A stretch of 37,150 bases of DNA from Armatimonadota bacterium (GTDB taxonomy: Bacteria > Armatimonadota > Armatimonadia > Armatimonadales > Armatimonadaceae). The translations under genes were made by a program, and so were the position numbers. Below, piece by piece: positions 15,354-24,729 of the stretch; position 1 is the stretch's first letter; each line of letters opens with the position of its first letter. The stretch spans positions 1-37,150 of the forward strand of contig JAYUUO010000143.1 in the NCBI GenBank assembly GCA_043754515.1. Direction: 5' to 3'. Under the pieces are notes generated by a model, which was not told where the DNA came from, did not search any database, and saw only the letters and a program-made list of their open reading frames with translations.

Positions 15354-16794
15354 CATCGGCTATTTCGTCAACGCCTACTGCTGGACGTACGACCCCCGCG
15401 ACCAGAGCGACCCGGAGATGCTCTTCAAGTTGTTCCCGCGCCAGGAGGAGTTTCTGGCGTGGCTACAAGCCCGCGAGAAAAATCAGGAAGACGGCATAGC
15501 GGAAAAGTGCCGCGACGTCGGCTTCACCTGGCTGTGTTGCGCGTACGCCCTGTACGGGTGGCTGTTCCGCAAAGGCTTCAAGGCGGGCTTCGGCTCGCGC
15601 GTCCTGAAGCTCGTGGACCGCAAGGGCGACCCGGACACCATATTCGAGAAGCTGCGGTTCCTCCTGTACCGGCTGCCGCGCTGGATGCTCCCGGCGGGGT
15701 TTTCCGAGAGGCTCCACGACGGGCTCTGCAAGATCCTGAACCCCCAGAGCGGCGCGTCCATCATCGGGGAGGGCGGGGACAACATCGGGCGCGGCGGGCG
15801 CACCACCGTCTATTTCCTTGACGAGGCGGCGTTCGTCGCCCGCCCAAAGAAGATAGACGCCGCGCTCTCGCAGAACTCGCGGTGCAAGATCCACGTGTCC
15901 ACCCCGAACGGCATGGGGAACCCCTTCGCGCAGAAGCGGTTCTCCGGCAAGTTCCCGGTGTTCACTTTCCGCTGGACGGACGACCCGCGCAAGGACGAGG
16001 CGTGGTACCGCAAACAGAAGGACACGCTCGACCCCGTTATCCTCGCGCAGGAAGTGGACATCGACTACACCGCGTCCATCGAGGGGATCTGCATCCCGGC
16101 GGCGTGGGTGCTCTGCGCGGTGAACCTGAAGATCCCCGAAGGCGACGGGCCCGTGATAGCGGGACTAGACATCGCGGCGGGGGGCAAGAACAAATCGGTG
16201 TTCCTCGCGCGGCGCGGTCCGGTCGTCAAGGTGGTTGAGAGCTGGGGGCAGATGAACACCACGCAGACGACGTGGAAGGCCGCCGAACTCGCCGAGAAAC
16301 ACGGCGTGAAGACGCTCTGCTACGACTGCATCGGCGTCGGCGAGGGGGTGCGCGGCACGCTCGACTCGGCGGAAAACAAGCCCCCGTTCGCCACGTTCCC
16401 CGTCAGCTCCGGCGACACCGCATCCGATTCCAAGTGGCCGGACGGCAAGACGAGCCGGGAGCGGTTCAAGAACCTGCGGGCGGAACTCTGGTGCCGCGCC
16501 CGCCGCCGCTTCGAGAAGACGTACGAGTACGTCAAGCTCTGCATCATGCACCCAGTCGAGGATCTCGTCAGCCTGCCGGACCACCAGGATCTGATCACGC
16601 AGCTGTCGCTCCCCACGATGCACAAAATCGAGACAGGCAAGGTCGGCATCGAGAGCAAGCAGGACATGGCCAAGCGCGGCGTCGCGTCCCCCGACCACGC
16701 CGACGCCTTCGTGTTCGCGTTCGCGGACGAAGTGATGCCCCAACCGGGCTGGGCGCAGGACAAGGCGATGCTCGGTTGGCTCGCAAGTCGGTAG
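15193..16794 (+). CDS. terL: Terminase large subunit
   Basis: EKCRDVGFTW Walker A-like, YFLDEAAF Walker B, STPNG coupling motif, nuclease motifs GLDIAAGG and SPDHADA. Confidence 0.93.
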   Translation: MVLEHQSLSELRSLIAYSTSSERDRLEKLLLKEFRDATPGPELRASIRARCESDIGYFVNAYCWTYDPRDQSDPEMLFKLFPRQEEFLAWLQAREKNQEDGIAEKCRDVGFTWLCCAYALYGWLFRKGFKAGFGSRVLKLVDRKGDPDTIFEKLRFLLYRLPRWMLPAGFSERLHDGLCKILNPQSGASIIGEGGDNIGRGGRTTVYFLDEAAFVARPKKIDAALSQNSRCKIHVSTPNGMGNPFAQKRFSGKFPVFTFRWTDDPRKDEAWYRKQKDTLDPVILAQEVDIDYTASIEGICIPAAWVLCAVNLKIPEGDGPVIAGLDIAAGGKNKSVFLARRGPVVKVVESWGQMNTTQTTWKAAELAEKHGVKTLCYDCIGVGEGVRGTLDSAENKPPFATFPVSSGDTASDSKWPDGKTSRERFKNLRAELWCRARRRFEKTYEYVKLCIMHPVEDLVSLPDHQDLITQLSLPTMHKIETGKVGIESKQDMAKRGVASPDHADAFVFAFADEVMPQPGWAQDKAMLGWLASR

Positions 16795-16806
16795 GCGTTA
16801 CATCCC

Positions 16807-18501
16807 ATGCGATTTTTCTGGCAAAAAACCGACCGAGAACAGGTGACTAACAAAACTGCGGCAGTGAGAGAAAACCTGCCCGAGAAGACGCCGCATCTCT
16901 CTCCGCAGGTTTGTCTCGGAGAGACGGGACGTCTTCTCGATTGTGTGGATACGAGTATTCATCGAGTCGAGAGCGAGGCGGTTTCCGCCTCGCTCTTCGC
17001 GGACGAAATCCGCCGCCAATTCGCGGAGGACCTGGAGCCGATTCTGGCGCGGGCCACCCGGACGGCGCGCGAGGAGACCCTCGCCGAAATAGCCCGCGCC
17101 CTGACGCCCATGGCTCCCGTCCCGGCCGTGCCGAACCCGAACGCCCGGCCCGCGTACGGGGCGTACGCCTTCGACCGGCCGATCACGTTCTCGACCCCGC
17201 AGTCGCCGGCCCGCAAGCCGCTCGCGCTGGCGTCCACGGACACGCTCCGCGCCCTGGCCGACAACTACGACATCCTGCGGGCGTGCATCAACGAGCTACG
17301 CCGCGAGGTGCTGTCCGTGCCCATAGAGGTCGTCGCCCGTGACCCGAAGGACACGCGTCCGACGACGAGAAAGCGGCTGGAGGCGGCGCGGGCCCTGTTC
17401 GCGAACGACGGCGCGATCGGCGGGGTCGGGGAACCGCGCCGCCACTTCGAGTCGAAGCTGATTGAGGACCTGTGCGTGATCGGCGCGGGCGCGATCTTCC
17501 ACGAGCGGGCGGGCGGCGGCTGGGTGCGCCAGTCCGTCGCCATCGACGCAGCCACCATCCGGCCTTTCGTGGACGCGTACGGCTGGGCACCGTCTCCGGG
17601 CGAGCCGGGCGAGGATAACGTCTACGAGCAGTGGGTGTACGGGGTGCAGGTCGCGCGTTTCGGGCGCGCCGACCTGACCTATGACGGCATCTACCCGACG
17701 ACCTACTCGCCCTATTTCAAGTCGCCGGTCGAGTATCTGCTCGACGCCGTGGACACCGCGCTCCGCTCCAACATGTGGAACAAGGGGTGGCTGACGGACG
17801 GCAACTCGCCCGACGACGCCTACGCCCTGCCGGAGAACTGGCAGCCGGAACAGATCAAGATGTACGCGGAGTGGTGGGATTCGCTCACGGCGGGCGGGGC
17901 GAACTCCCGACACAAGACGCGGTTCCTCCCGAGCGGCTCGCAGCGCGTCGGGGCGCGTTCGCGCAAGGACCAGGATTTCGCGGGCCTCGATTTGTGGCTC
18001 GTGCGCCGGACGTGCGCGATCATGGGCGTCCAGCCCGCTTCGATAGGGTTCGCCGGGGAGCAGTACAAAGTCTCCCAGGAAAGCAGCGTGGCGCAGACCA
18101 CCGCGTTCGGGGCGGGGGTCATCCTCGGCTGGCGCAAGGATACGTACGACGACCTGCTCTCGCGGCACGGGTTCGCGGAGTTCGAGTGCCGCAACGTGAC
18201 GGACAGGCAGGAGACGGCGCAGGCGCGCGCGGTCACGAACGAGACCCTGATCCGGTCTGGGCAGCGCACCCCGAACGAATGCCGACAGGCCGACGGCGAG
18301 GACCCCTTAGAAGGCGGGGACGTACTCCTCGTGCCCGCGACGCTCATCCCCCTCACTATTGCCGGGCTGGGCGCGCCTGGCGCGCCCAAAGACAACGGCC
18401 CATCTGGGCGGGACGACGTCCCGCCCGCGACAGATGCGGCAGACGGACAAAAGGATTTTGCCGATTTGCCTGAGGACGCCCCAAAAAACACGGAAGACTA
18501 A
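16807..18501 (+). CDS. Portal protein
   Basis: Follows TerL. IDAATIRP, SPVEYL, and C-terminal TPNECRQADGEDPLEGGD are typical of HK97-like portals. Confidence 0.88.
   Translation: MRFFWQKTDREQVTNKTAAVRENLPEKTPHLSPQVCLGETGRLLDCVDTSIHRVESEAVSASLFADEIRRQFAEDLEPILARATRTAREETLAEIARALTPMAPVPAVPNPNARPAYGAYAFDRPITFSTPQSPARKPLALASTDTLRALADNYDILRACINELRREVLSVPIEVVARDPKDTRPTTRKRLEAARALFANDGAIGGVGEPRRHFESKLIEDLCVIGAGAIFHERAGGGWVRQSVAIDAATIRPFVDAYGWAPSPGEPGEDNVYEQWVYGVQVARFGRADLTYDGIYPTTYSPYFKSPVEYLLDAVDTALRSNMWNKGWLTDGNSPDDAYALPENWQPEQIKMYAEWWDSLTAGGANSRHKTRFLPSGSQRVGARSRKDQDFAGLDLWLVRRTCAIMGVQPASIGFAGEQYKVSQESSVAQTTAFGAGVILGWRKDTYDDLLSRHGFAEFECRNVTDRQETAQARAVTNETLIRSGQRTPNECRQADGEDPLEGGDVLLVPATLIPLTIAGLGAPGAPKDNGPSGRDDVPPATDAADGQKDFADLPEDAPKNTED
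16840..16965. repeat. 126-bp five-level hairpin nest, in frame at the portal 5' end
   Basis: Parses as 24 (A) + 27 (E) + 24 (C) + 27 + 24 (C) bp, i.e. 42 codons with no stop. Confidence 0.78.
18437..18474. repeat. Degenerate family A elements, in frame at the portal 3' end
   Basis: CAAAAGGATTTTGCCGA is shared with 9683-9699 and 21487-21503, and is followed by TTTGCCTGAG. Confidence 0.62.
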
Positions 18502-18507
18502 ACAGTT

Positions 18508-19806
18508 ATGCCAACCACACAAATCATGAAGCCCCTACAACTGTTCGTGCCGATCACGCGCTCGGCACGAACCGACGACGGCGCCTCGCTCTTCGTCGAG
18601 GGCTACGTCTACTGCAACGCCGTCGTCGGGGACGGGTGGAACCTGAAGCGTGCCGCCATGGAAGCCGCGACCCCCGACTATATGAACTGGGGCGCGGTGC
18701 GCGAGATGCACCAGCCGAGCGCGGCCGGCACCGCCTCCGGCACCGTGACCGTGGCGGGCGTCGAGATCCCGCTCGGCGTGGAGTGGGACGACAAGGGCGC
18801 GTTCCTGCGCACCAAGATCGTGGACGACAACGCCATCAAGAAGTGCGAGCAGGGCGTCTACCGCGGCTTCTCGGTCGGCGTTCAGCCCACCAAAGTACGC
18901 GGCGTGGATATCGAGGAGTGTGCCTGGTACGAGAACAGCCTCGTCGACCGGCCCTACGACAAGGACGCCAACTTCTCGCGGATGTTACTCGCCCGCCGCG
19001 ACGACGCCCCTGAAGACGGGTCGGACGTGGAGGTAGAGGTGTACGAGGAAGACGAGAAACTACCCGACGAAGATAAACCGGATCCCCTCGCCGCCGGAAT
19101 AGAGGGAGACGGGACGCCTTCTCGGGACGCCGTATTCGTGGTACGCGGATTATTCCAAAACAAGGTGGCTTCGAGCGAAAACAGGCAATTGCGCGGCCTG
19201 GCCTGGGAAGTATTGCACTCGGTGTTCTACGAGGTGCTCAACCACGCGTCCGTCGACGATGTGGACGCGACGGTGCGCGAAGCCATCGGCGAGTTCGCGG
19301 ATTACATCGTGCCGCTCATCGTGGCCGAACGCGCGAAGGCGGACGAGATCAATGCCACGCTCCCCGACGAACTATACTGGGCGGCGGGCATGGACGACGG
19401 CGCGACTCTGGTTACCCGCGTGGCCCAGATCACCCGCGTCGAACTCGACGGTCGCGCCGAACTCGCCCGCGTCGCGTCGGAACTTTCGGCACGCTCGGTC
19501 CGCGTCGCGGAATTGGAGACGCGCGTCGCCGCGCAGGAGACGGAGATTGCGCGACTCAAAGCCGCCCCCGACACCAAGCAGGCCCGCCCGGTGCGTGTCC
19601 ACGGCGTCGCGCTGGAGCGCACGTTCGCCGATTCGATCGCGCCCGTCGCCCCCGAGGACGCGCAAATAGCCGTGATGCGCTCCGACCTGGATCGCCTCAC
19701 CCGCGAACTGTCCGCCGAGCCGGACGAAAAGAAGCGCCAGGACGGCGTGACCCGCATGCTCTCCCTCAAACAGAATCTCGCCGCTCTGGGTGCGTCCCTG
19801 AGTTAG
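18508..19806 (+). CDS. Prohead protease fused to a scaffold-like coiled coil
   Basis: VREMHQ, GVYRGFSVG and ENSLVDRP motifs of phage prohead serine proteases. Lies between portal and capsid. Confidence 0.82.
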   Translation: MPTTQIMKPLQLFVPITRSARTDDGASLFVEGYVYCNAVVGDGWNLKRAAMEAATPDYMNWGAVREMHQPSAAGTASGTVTVAGVEIPLGVEWDDKGAFLRTKIVDDNAIKKCEQGVYRGFSVGVQPTKVRGVDIEECAWYENSLVDRPYDKDANFSRMLLARRDDAPEDGSDVEVEVYEEDEKLPDEDKPDPLAAGIEGDGTPSRDAVFVVRGLFQNKVASSENRQLRGLAWEVLHSVFYEVLNHASVDDVDATVREAIGEFADYIVPLIVAERAKADEINATLPDELYWAAGMDDGATLVTRVAQITRVELDGRAELARVASELSARSVRVAELETRVAAQETEIARLKAAPDTKQARPVRVHGVALERTFADSIAPVAPEDAQIAVMRSDLDRLTRELSAEPDEKKRQDGVTRMLSLKQNLAALGASLS

Positions 19807-19839
19807 AGAAAAGAAAACCCTCCTGAAGGACAATAACCC

Positions 19840-21288
19840 ATGAACGTAAACCGCATTTTTCACGAGCTGCCCTTACCTGGCTCCGACCAGCCGCTCCCCG
19901 CCTCGCTCCCGATTTTCACGCGGGGCCTCGACCTGACCTCGGACAAGTCGGCGGACCTCGTCCGCCGCGCGGGCGAGATCGAACGTTCCGGCGGTAACAC
20001 CGCCGACATCGCGAAACTCGTCGCGGATTTCGCGGCGCAGTCCGCGTCCATCTCCCGCGCGATCAACAGCGGCAACGCGCCGATCCGCGAGAACCTGGAA
20101 GCCGAGGCGAAGATCCTCGTCCCGCTCGAGACGCCTCTGCGCAACAAGTTGCCCCGCAAGGTCGGATCGGGCAAGGCGTCGGCGTGGAAACAGATCACCA
20201 GCATGGGCGGTGGCTACGGCTACGCCTCGATTACCACGGCGGCGGGCAACGTCGCGGGCGGTAATACGATCACCGTCGCTTCCGTGGCCGGTCTAGTGGT
20301 CGGCGACGTCGTGATCGTCGGCACCTTTCCGACGACCGAGCAGAAGACCGTGACCGCGATCAACGCCGGCACGCTGGTACTCACGCTCGACTCGAACCTG
20401 GTGAACGCCCAGAACGCCGTCTCCGTGATCAAGACGTCCACCCAGCCGGGCGGGGGCACCGCCGTCCGTGCCTTTTTCTCCGAAACAGGAGCACCCGCCG
20501 AGTTCACCACCGTTTACGCGAACCAACTCGTCGCGTACAAGATACTCGGCGCGCTCGGGTCGGTGACCGGGTTCAGCATGGCGGCGGGCGCGTCATTCCA
20601 GAATCAGCTCGCTATGGAGAAGACAAACCAGATCCGTAACACGATGCTGAACGAGGAAAATGCGCTGATCAACGGCAGCGCGAGTAGCATCCTCGCGCCC
20701 TGGGGCGACGGGACGAACGCGCTCGGGTTCGACGGCCTGCTGAACAGCATCGGCACGGCGAACGGGACGCCGTCCGTGCATATCCAGACGAACGTCGGCC
20801 CGCTGACGACCGCCCACCTGGACGCGCAGATCGTGCGCCTGTGGCGGCAGGGTGCGCAGAACATCTACATGATGATGAGCGGACAGGAGATCACCAGCCT
20901 CGCGAAGATCGCGCAGGGGGGCGGTTCGTACCGCATCGTGCTCGACCAGAGCAACGCGAAGCTCGGCGCGTCGGTGCGCGGGTACATCCACCCGATCACG
21001 GGCGAGCCGATCGAGATCCTGCCGTCGCGGTTCCTCTCGCCGGGCACCATCGTCTTTGGCTGTGATCGCCTCCCGGACGGATCGCCCGCCGCCGACGTGG
21101 ACGTGCTTCCGCAGGTGCAGTTGCCGGAACTCGCGCCGAACGAGGACATCCAGGGCTACGTCGCGCAGGAGCTCGCCCCGAGCACGGCCGCCCCGCAATC
21201 CTACCCGTTCATCGTCTCCGTGTACGAGACGTTCCGCATGAAATCGGCACTACACTTCGGCAAAAGCACCGGCGTAACCGCGGCGTAA
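19840..21288 (+). CDS. Major capsid protein with an inserted beta-rich accessory domain
   Basis: Gene position, RENLEAEAKILVPLETPLRNKLPR, EENALINGS, FDGL motif. Confidence 0.82.
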   Translation: MNVNRIFHELPLPGSDQPLPASLPIFTRGLDLTSDKSADLVRRAGEIERSGGNTADIAKLVADFAAQSASISRAINSGNAPIRENLEAEAKILVPLETPLRNKLPRKVGSGKASAWKQITSMGGGYGYASITTAAGNVAGGNTITVASVAGLVVGDVVIVGTFPTTEQKTVTAINAGTLVLTLDSNLVNAQNAVSVIKTSTQPGGGTAVRAFFSETGAPAEFTTVYANQLVAYKILGALGSVTGFSMAAGASFQNQLAMEKTNQIRNTMLNEENALINGSASSILAPWGDGTNALGFDGLLNSIGTANGTPSVHIQTNVGPLTTAHLDAQIVRLWRQGAQNIYMMMSGQEITSLAKIAQGGGSYRIVLDQSNAKLGASVRGYIHPITGEPIEILPSRFLSPGTIVFGCDRLPDGSPAADVDVLPQVQLPELAPNEDIQGYVAQELAPSTAAPQSYPFIVSVYETFRMKSALHFGKSTGVTAA

Positions 21289-21300
21289 CCTCCGGATTAA

Positions 21301-21545
21301 GCGGGAGATCGTCTCCCCGGAACTCGGTGGAAACGAGTTTCCACCTGTATCTCCACGATTTTCCCCGGAACAAACCTGCCCGAGAGGAAAAACGGGCAGC
21401 CCGTTTGTTCCGAAAAACGCGCCATCACACAAACGCTCGCGTTTAATCTGCACAGGCGAAACTAAGACAGGCAAAACGAAGTCAGGCAAAAGGATTTTGC
21501 CGATTTGTCTGTTCCCTCTCCGCAGGTTTGTTCCGCCGATCTCCT
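21301..21545. repeat. Large intergenic nest of hairpin elements after the capsid gene
   Basis: A at 21324-21347, D at 21386-21412, A-in-A at about 21467-21510. Arms CGGAACAAACCTGC (21366) and GCAGGTTTGTTCCG (21522). Outer arms GGAGATCG and CGATCTCC. Confidence 0.8.
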
Positions 21546-21567
21546 CGTTTTCGTGAAAGACAACCAT

Positions 21568-21774
21568 ATGACACCCACCAACGAATACGTTGACGCGCTC
21601 AACGCCTTGATAGACGGCGTCCGGCGCGAAGCCGCCGGACTCATCTCCAACCAGCCCGACGCGGACGGCCGCGCCGCCGCGGGGAACCGGCTGAGCGATC
21701 TCGCGGACGTCGCGTCTGCGAAAGCTGCGGCGGTCCCCTCGAACCCGCCCGCCACCAAAGGAGCTACCGCCTGA
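21568..21774 (+). CDS. Small hypothetical protein
   Basis: ATG at 21568 with upstream GAAAG. The stop overlaps the next start (TGATG). Confidence 0.55.
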   Translation: MTPTNEYVDALNALIDGVRREAAGLISNQPDADGRAAAGNRLSDLADVASAKAAAVPSNPPATKGATA

Positions 21775-22241
21775 TGTTCGCTAAACTACCCGGAGCCAGC
21801 CCCGCGCAAAACACCGGCGGGGAGTCCCGCTCCTTCACCGGGGACGGCACGCCGTTCCTACGCGTGCCCGGTCTGCAATCCCTCGAATCCGTCCGCGTAG
21901 GCACCGCCGATCTGCCGCGTACCGGCGAATTTCGTTTCCCGAAAACCGGCCAGAAGGGTTTCTTCGTGGACTCGGTGTTACCGCTGTATGAGCTGACGCG
22001 CGACGAGGCGGGGACGCCCTTCCTGCTGCGCTCGGAAACGAGCAATGACGGCATCTGGCAGAAAGATTTCACCGTCTACGTCACCGGCGAGTGGGACGCG
22101 GAAGACGCCGCGTCTCTCCCATACCCGATGGTGTTACGCGGGGAGGAAATCGCTGCGGGCGAGACGGGCACCGTCGGCGTCGCGTCGGAGAAGAAACCCC
22201 GAGAAGGCATTCCCGGACTAATTGCGGACAAGGCGAAGTAG
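21774..22241 (+). CDS. Hypothetical virion or neck-associated protein
   Basis: AAGGAG RBS. Located in the morphogenesis operon. Confidence 0.65.
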   Translation: MFAKLPGASPAQNTGGESRSFTGDGTPFLRVPGLQSLESVRVGTADLPRTGEFRFPKTGQKGFFVDSVLPLYELTRDEAGTPFLLRSETSNDGIWQKDFTVYVTGEWDAEDAASLPYPMVLRGEEIAAGETGTVGVASEKKPREGIPGLIADKAK

Positions 22242-22244
22242 GCC

Positions 22245-22901
22245 ATGCCGTACTCTATCTACCCGACCGAGGCGGATCTCGCGTCCCGGCTGAAGGCGGA
22301 TGGGGTATCGCCGGAGACCATCGCGGCGTTCCAAGACGGGGGCATGCTCCTTGACGCGACCCAGTCCGCCGTCTCGGACTGGGAAGACGCGACGAACTGG
22401 CACCCGTATCTGGCCGGGTCGCCCGCGCCGCGCTTATTCGACGCGCCGCTCTCGGTGTCCGGCGGGCGGAACGTCCCCGGCTCGCGGGTAGATCTGGACG
22501 CCCCGTTGTTGTCATTGATGTCGGTCGCTTGCGGCGGGCGCGTGTTAACAGCGGACCGCGATTTCTTCGCGGCACCGCGTAACGCGCCCGCCGCCGACAA
22601 GCCGTATCTGTGGATCACGTTCGCCGTGCCGCCCGCCGGTAGCGTTGTGATAACGGGGCGGTGGGGTCGGGTCGCGGTGATCCCGGACAACGTCTGGGAC
22701 GCCATTATATCCCAGGCGCACAATTTTCTCGCGCCCGACCTGGCACTTGCCGGGCGCGACCGCGTCACGGAGAAGACCATCGCGGGTGCGACGCTGAAGT
22801 TTACGGGTGCCGCGAGTGACAAGCGTCTCGACCTCCAATCCCAGCTCCGCCAGTCGCGCTGGGAACGCCTCGTGAAGAATAACAAACGGGTGGTTTTCTA
22901 A
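22245..22901 (+). CDS. Probable head-tail adaptor
   Basis: YPTEADL N-terminus and VVITGRWG..IPDNVWDAII pattern of gp6/gp15-like adaptors; gene order. Confidence 0.65.
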   Translation: MPYSIYPTEADLASRLKADGVSPETIAAFQDGGMLLDATQSAVSDWEDATNWHPYLAGSPAPRLFDAPLSVSGGRNVPGSRVDLDAPLLSLMSVACGGRVLTADRDFFAAPRNAPAADKPYLWITFAVPPAGSVVITGRWGRVAVIPDNVWDAIISQAHNFLAPDLALAGRDRVTEKTIAGATLKFTGAASDKRLDLQSQLRQSRWERLVKNNKRVVF

Positions 22902-22910
22902 GGATACTCC

Positions 22911-23240
22911 ATGTTCACGCTTGAGGACGCCCGTGAGTTCGCCGATCTGATCGCGGACTTCGGCAATATGATCACCCTCCCGAACGGTGACACGTTTAAG
23001 GCCGTCGTCGAGACGAGTCTGGACAGCATCCGCCGCCGGGACGGGGACAGCCCATTGGAAAACGCTCGGGGAAGAGTTGTTCTGTTTCTGCTCAAACCGT
23101 CCGACGCCGCGCTGATCCCCCCCGGTACGCTACTCCCCTACAGGGGACAACGATTCACGCTCGCGGAACCCAAAACGGCGGTATTCGGGGACGTCCCTAT
23201 CATTACCACGATCTTGGGGGCGAGCGGCGGCTACTCGTAA
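22911..23240 (+). CDS. Probable head closure/joining protein
   Basis: 109 aa, AAGGA RBS, position after the adaptor. Confidence 0.5.
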   Translation: MFTLEDAREFADLIADFGNMITLPNGDTFKAVVETSLDSIRRRDGDSPLENARGRVVLFLLKPSDAALIPPGTLLPYRGQRFTLAEPKTAVFGDVPIITTILGASGGYS

Positions 23241-23252
23241 CGCGATCTCTCG

Positions 23253-23771
23253 ATGGATGAGTTTGACATAACTATAACGGGCGAACGTGAGATCGCGGAT
23301 GACGCGCTCCGCGCCGCCCGCGCCCTGGCGGACTTCACGCCCGAACTACGCGTCGCCGCAGAGATGCTTTCCGCCCGGATCGCCCGACGCTTCCAGGACG
23401 CCTCGTCCCTGCTCCTCGCCCTGTCGGCACGCACCGTCAAGGCGCGACGCGCGAAAGTGGCGAAAGGCGCGTCGCTTGTCGGCGGGATAGACACCCCGCT
23501 CCGCGCTTTCGCCGACTCGCTGTACAAGGCCGCGACCGCGACCCTGCCGGGCGTGACGGGTAGCGCGGCGAAGGCGTCGCCGGGGGAGGTAGCGGTCGGC
23601 ATAGATCCCGCCGCCACCCCCTACATGCGGGCCGTCCTGCTCGGCGATCCCGGACGGAACATCCCCGAACGCGACGCGCTGGACCTGCCGGGCAGCGACA
23701 CCGACGCTGTACTCGCTGCGTTCGACGCCACCGTAGAAAAGAAACTGCTCGCGGCGTTAGGCGTGCTCTAG
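23253..23771 (+). CDS. Probable tail completion / virion morphogenesis protein (Mu gpG-like)
   Basis: IARRF..ALSARTVKARR..RNIPER pattern and gene order. Confidence 0.62.
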   Translation: MDEFDITITGEREIADDALRAARALADFTPELRVAAEMLSARIARRFQDASSLLLALSARTVKARRAKVAKGASLVGGIDTPLRAFADSLYKAATATLPGVTGSAAKASPGEVAVGIDPAATPYMRAVLLGDPGRNIPERDALDLPGSDTDAVLAAFDATVEKKLLAALGVL

Positions 23772-23780
23772 GATATTCCA

Positions 23781-24359
23781 ATGCTGACGTTTCCTTATCT
23801 ATCCGACCCCGGCGACGAGTACGAGATCCGAGTTTTCGATACCTTGCGCGGGCTGGTCGCGGCCAGCCCGCTCGCGGCGGGGCGATACCAAGGAACCATC
23901 CGCCAGTTCCCCGCGACGACCGCGCGGGAGAAGGACGGGCGAGGGATTCTCCTGCCGCCCCTCGTTTCGATCTACTGCCCGATGGAGACCGACGACGCGG
24001 CCGTCACGATGGGCGGATCCGGGGTCGGGAAATGGGGCAGCGAGATGCGCGGCACCATGATCGTCCTGCTTTTCGAGAACCCCCAGGGAGCGAACCCGTT
24101 GCCGGATGAGACGATCCCGATTCCGGAGGGCGGGGACGCGAACGACTACCTGGACGGCCTGTACCGCCGCCTGCATAATTTCACGGGTGCGCTGAAGCGG
24201 ACGCTCGTCACGTTCCGGCAAGACCCGACCCCCGGCAACACGCGCCTCTGGCATAATCTCACGTTCGCCTCGCCGACCACCGTTCTTCACCGGAGTCCGG
24301 GCGAGTACCTGCGATCCATCACCAATTTCGACCTGCACGCTCTGCGAAGGACACCCTGA
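23781..24359 (+). CDS. Hypothetical protein, possible tail terminator
   Basis: AGGA RBS and position upstream of the tail tube. Confidence 0.5.
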   Translation: MLTFPYLSDPGDEYEIRVFDTLRGLVAASPLAAGRYQGTIRQFPATTAREKDGRGILLPPLVSIYCPMETDDAAVTMGGSGVGKWGSEMRGTMIVLLFENPQGANPLPDETIPIPEGGDANDYLDGLYRRLHNFTGALKRTLVTFRQDPTPGNTRLWHNLTFASPTTVLHRSPGEYLRSITNFDLHALRRTP

Positions 24360-24360
24360 C

Positions 24361-24726
24361 ATGAACGAAACAAGAGATATGTCCCGCCCTATCGAATCGG
24401 AACCCGAAAACCTATTTGTCATTTACCTGTTGCAAGACGGCGGCTCCCACTTCGACGGGCAGAACGTGGTGCTCTATCCGGGCGTGCCCGTCCGCGCCGG
24501 CTCGCTCGACCCCGACTTTCTCACCCAGCTCCTGAGTGAGGGGATCGTCGCATACGTGGAACATCTAGCTCAGCCGCACAGGGGGAAACAAGTTTCCCCC
24601 TGTGCGGCTGAGCTAGATGTTCCGTCGGCTCGCCAAAGCGAGCCGACGGGGACCTTCTGCTCTGGGGTCCCGCCTGTCTTCACCCCGGAGATACCCGCCC
24701 TGGAGACGCCCGCGCCGGAGGGCTAA
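24361..24726 (+). CDS. Hypothetical protein containing a 66-bp perfect hairpin in frame
   Basis: 121-aa ORF starting immediately after the previous stop. Confidence 0.55.
   Translation: MNETRDMSRPIESEPENLFVIYLLQDGGSHFDGQNVVLYPGVPVRAGSLDPDFLTQLLSEGIVAYVEHLAQPHRGKQVSPCAAELDVPSARQSEPTGTFCSGVPPVFTPEIPALETPAPEG
24558..24623. repeat. Perfect 32-2-32 inverted repeat inside a CDS
   Basis: GGAACATCTAGCTCAGCCGCACAGGGGGAAAC-aa-GTTTCCCCCTGTGCGGCTGAGCTAGATGTTCC. A second 12-4-12 hairpin follows at 24622-24649. Confidence 0.92.
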
Positions 24727-24729
24727 CCC

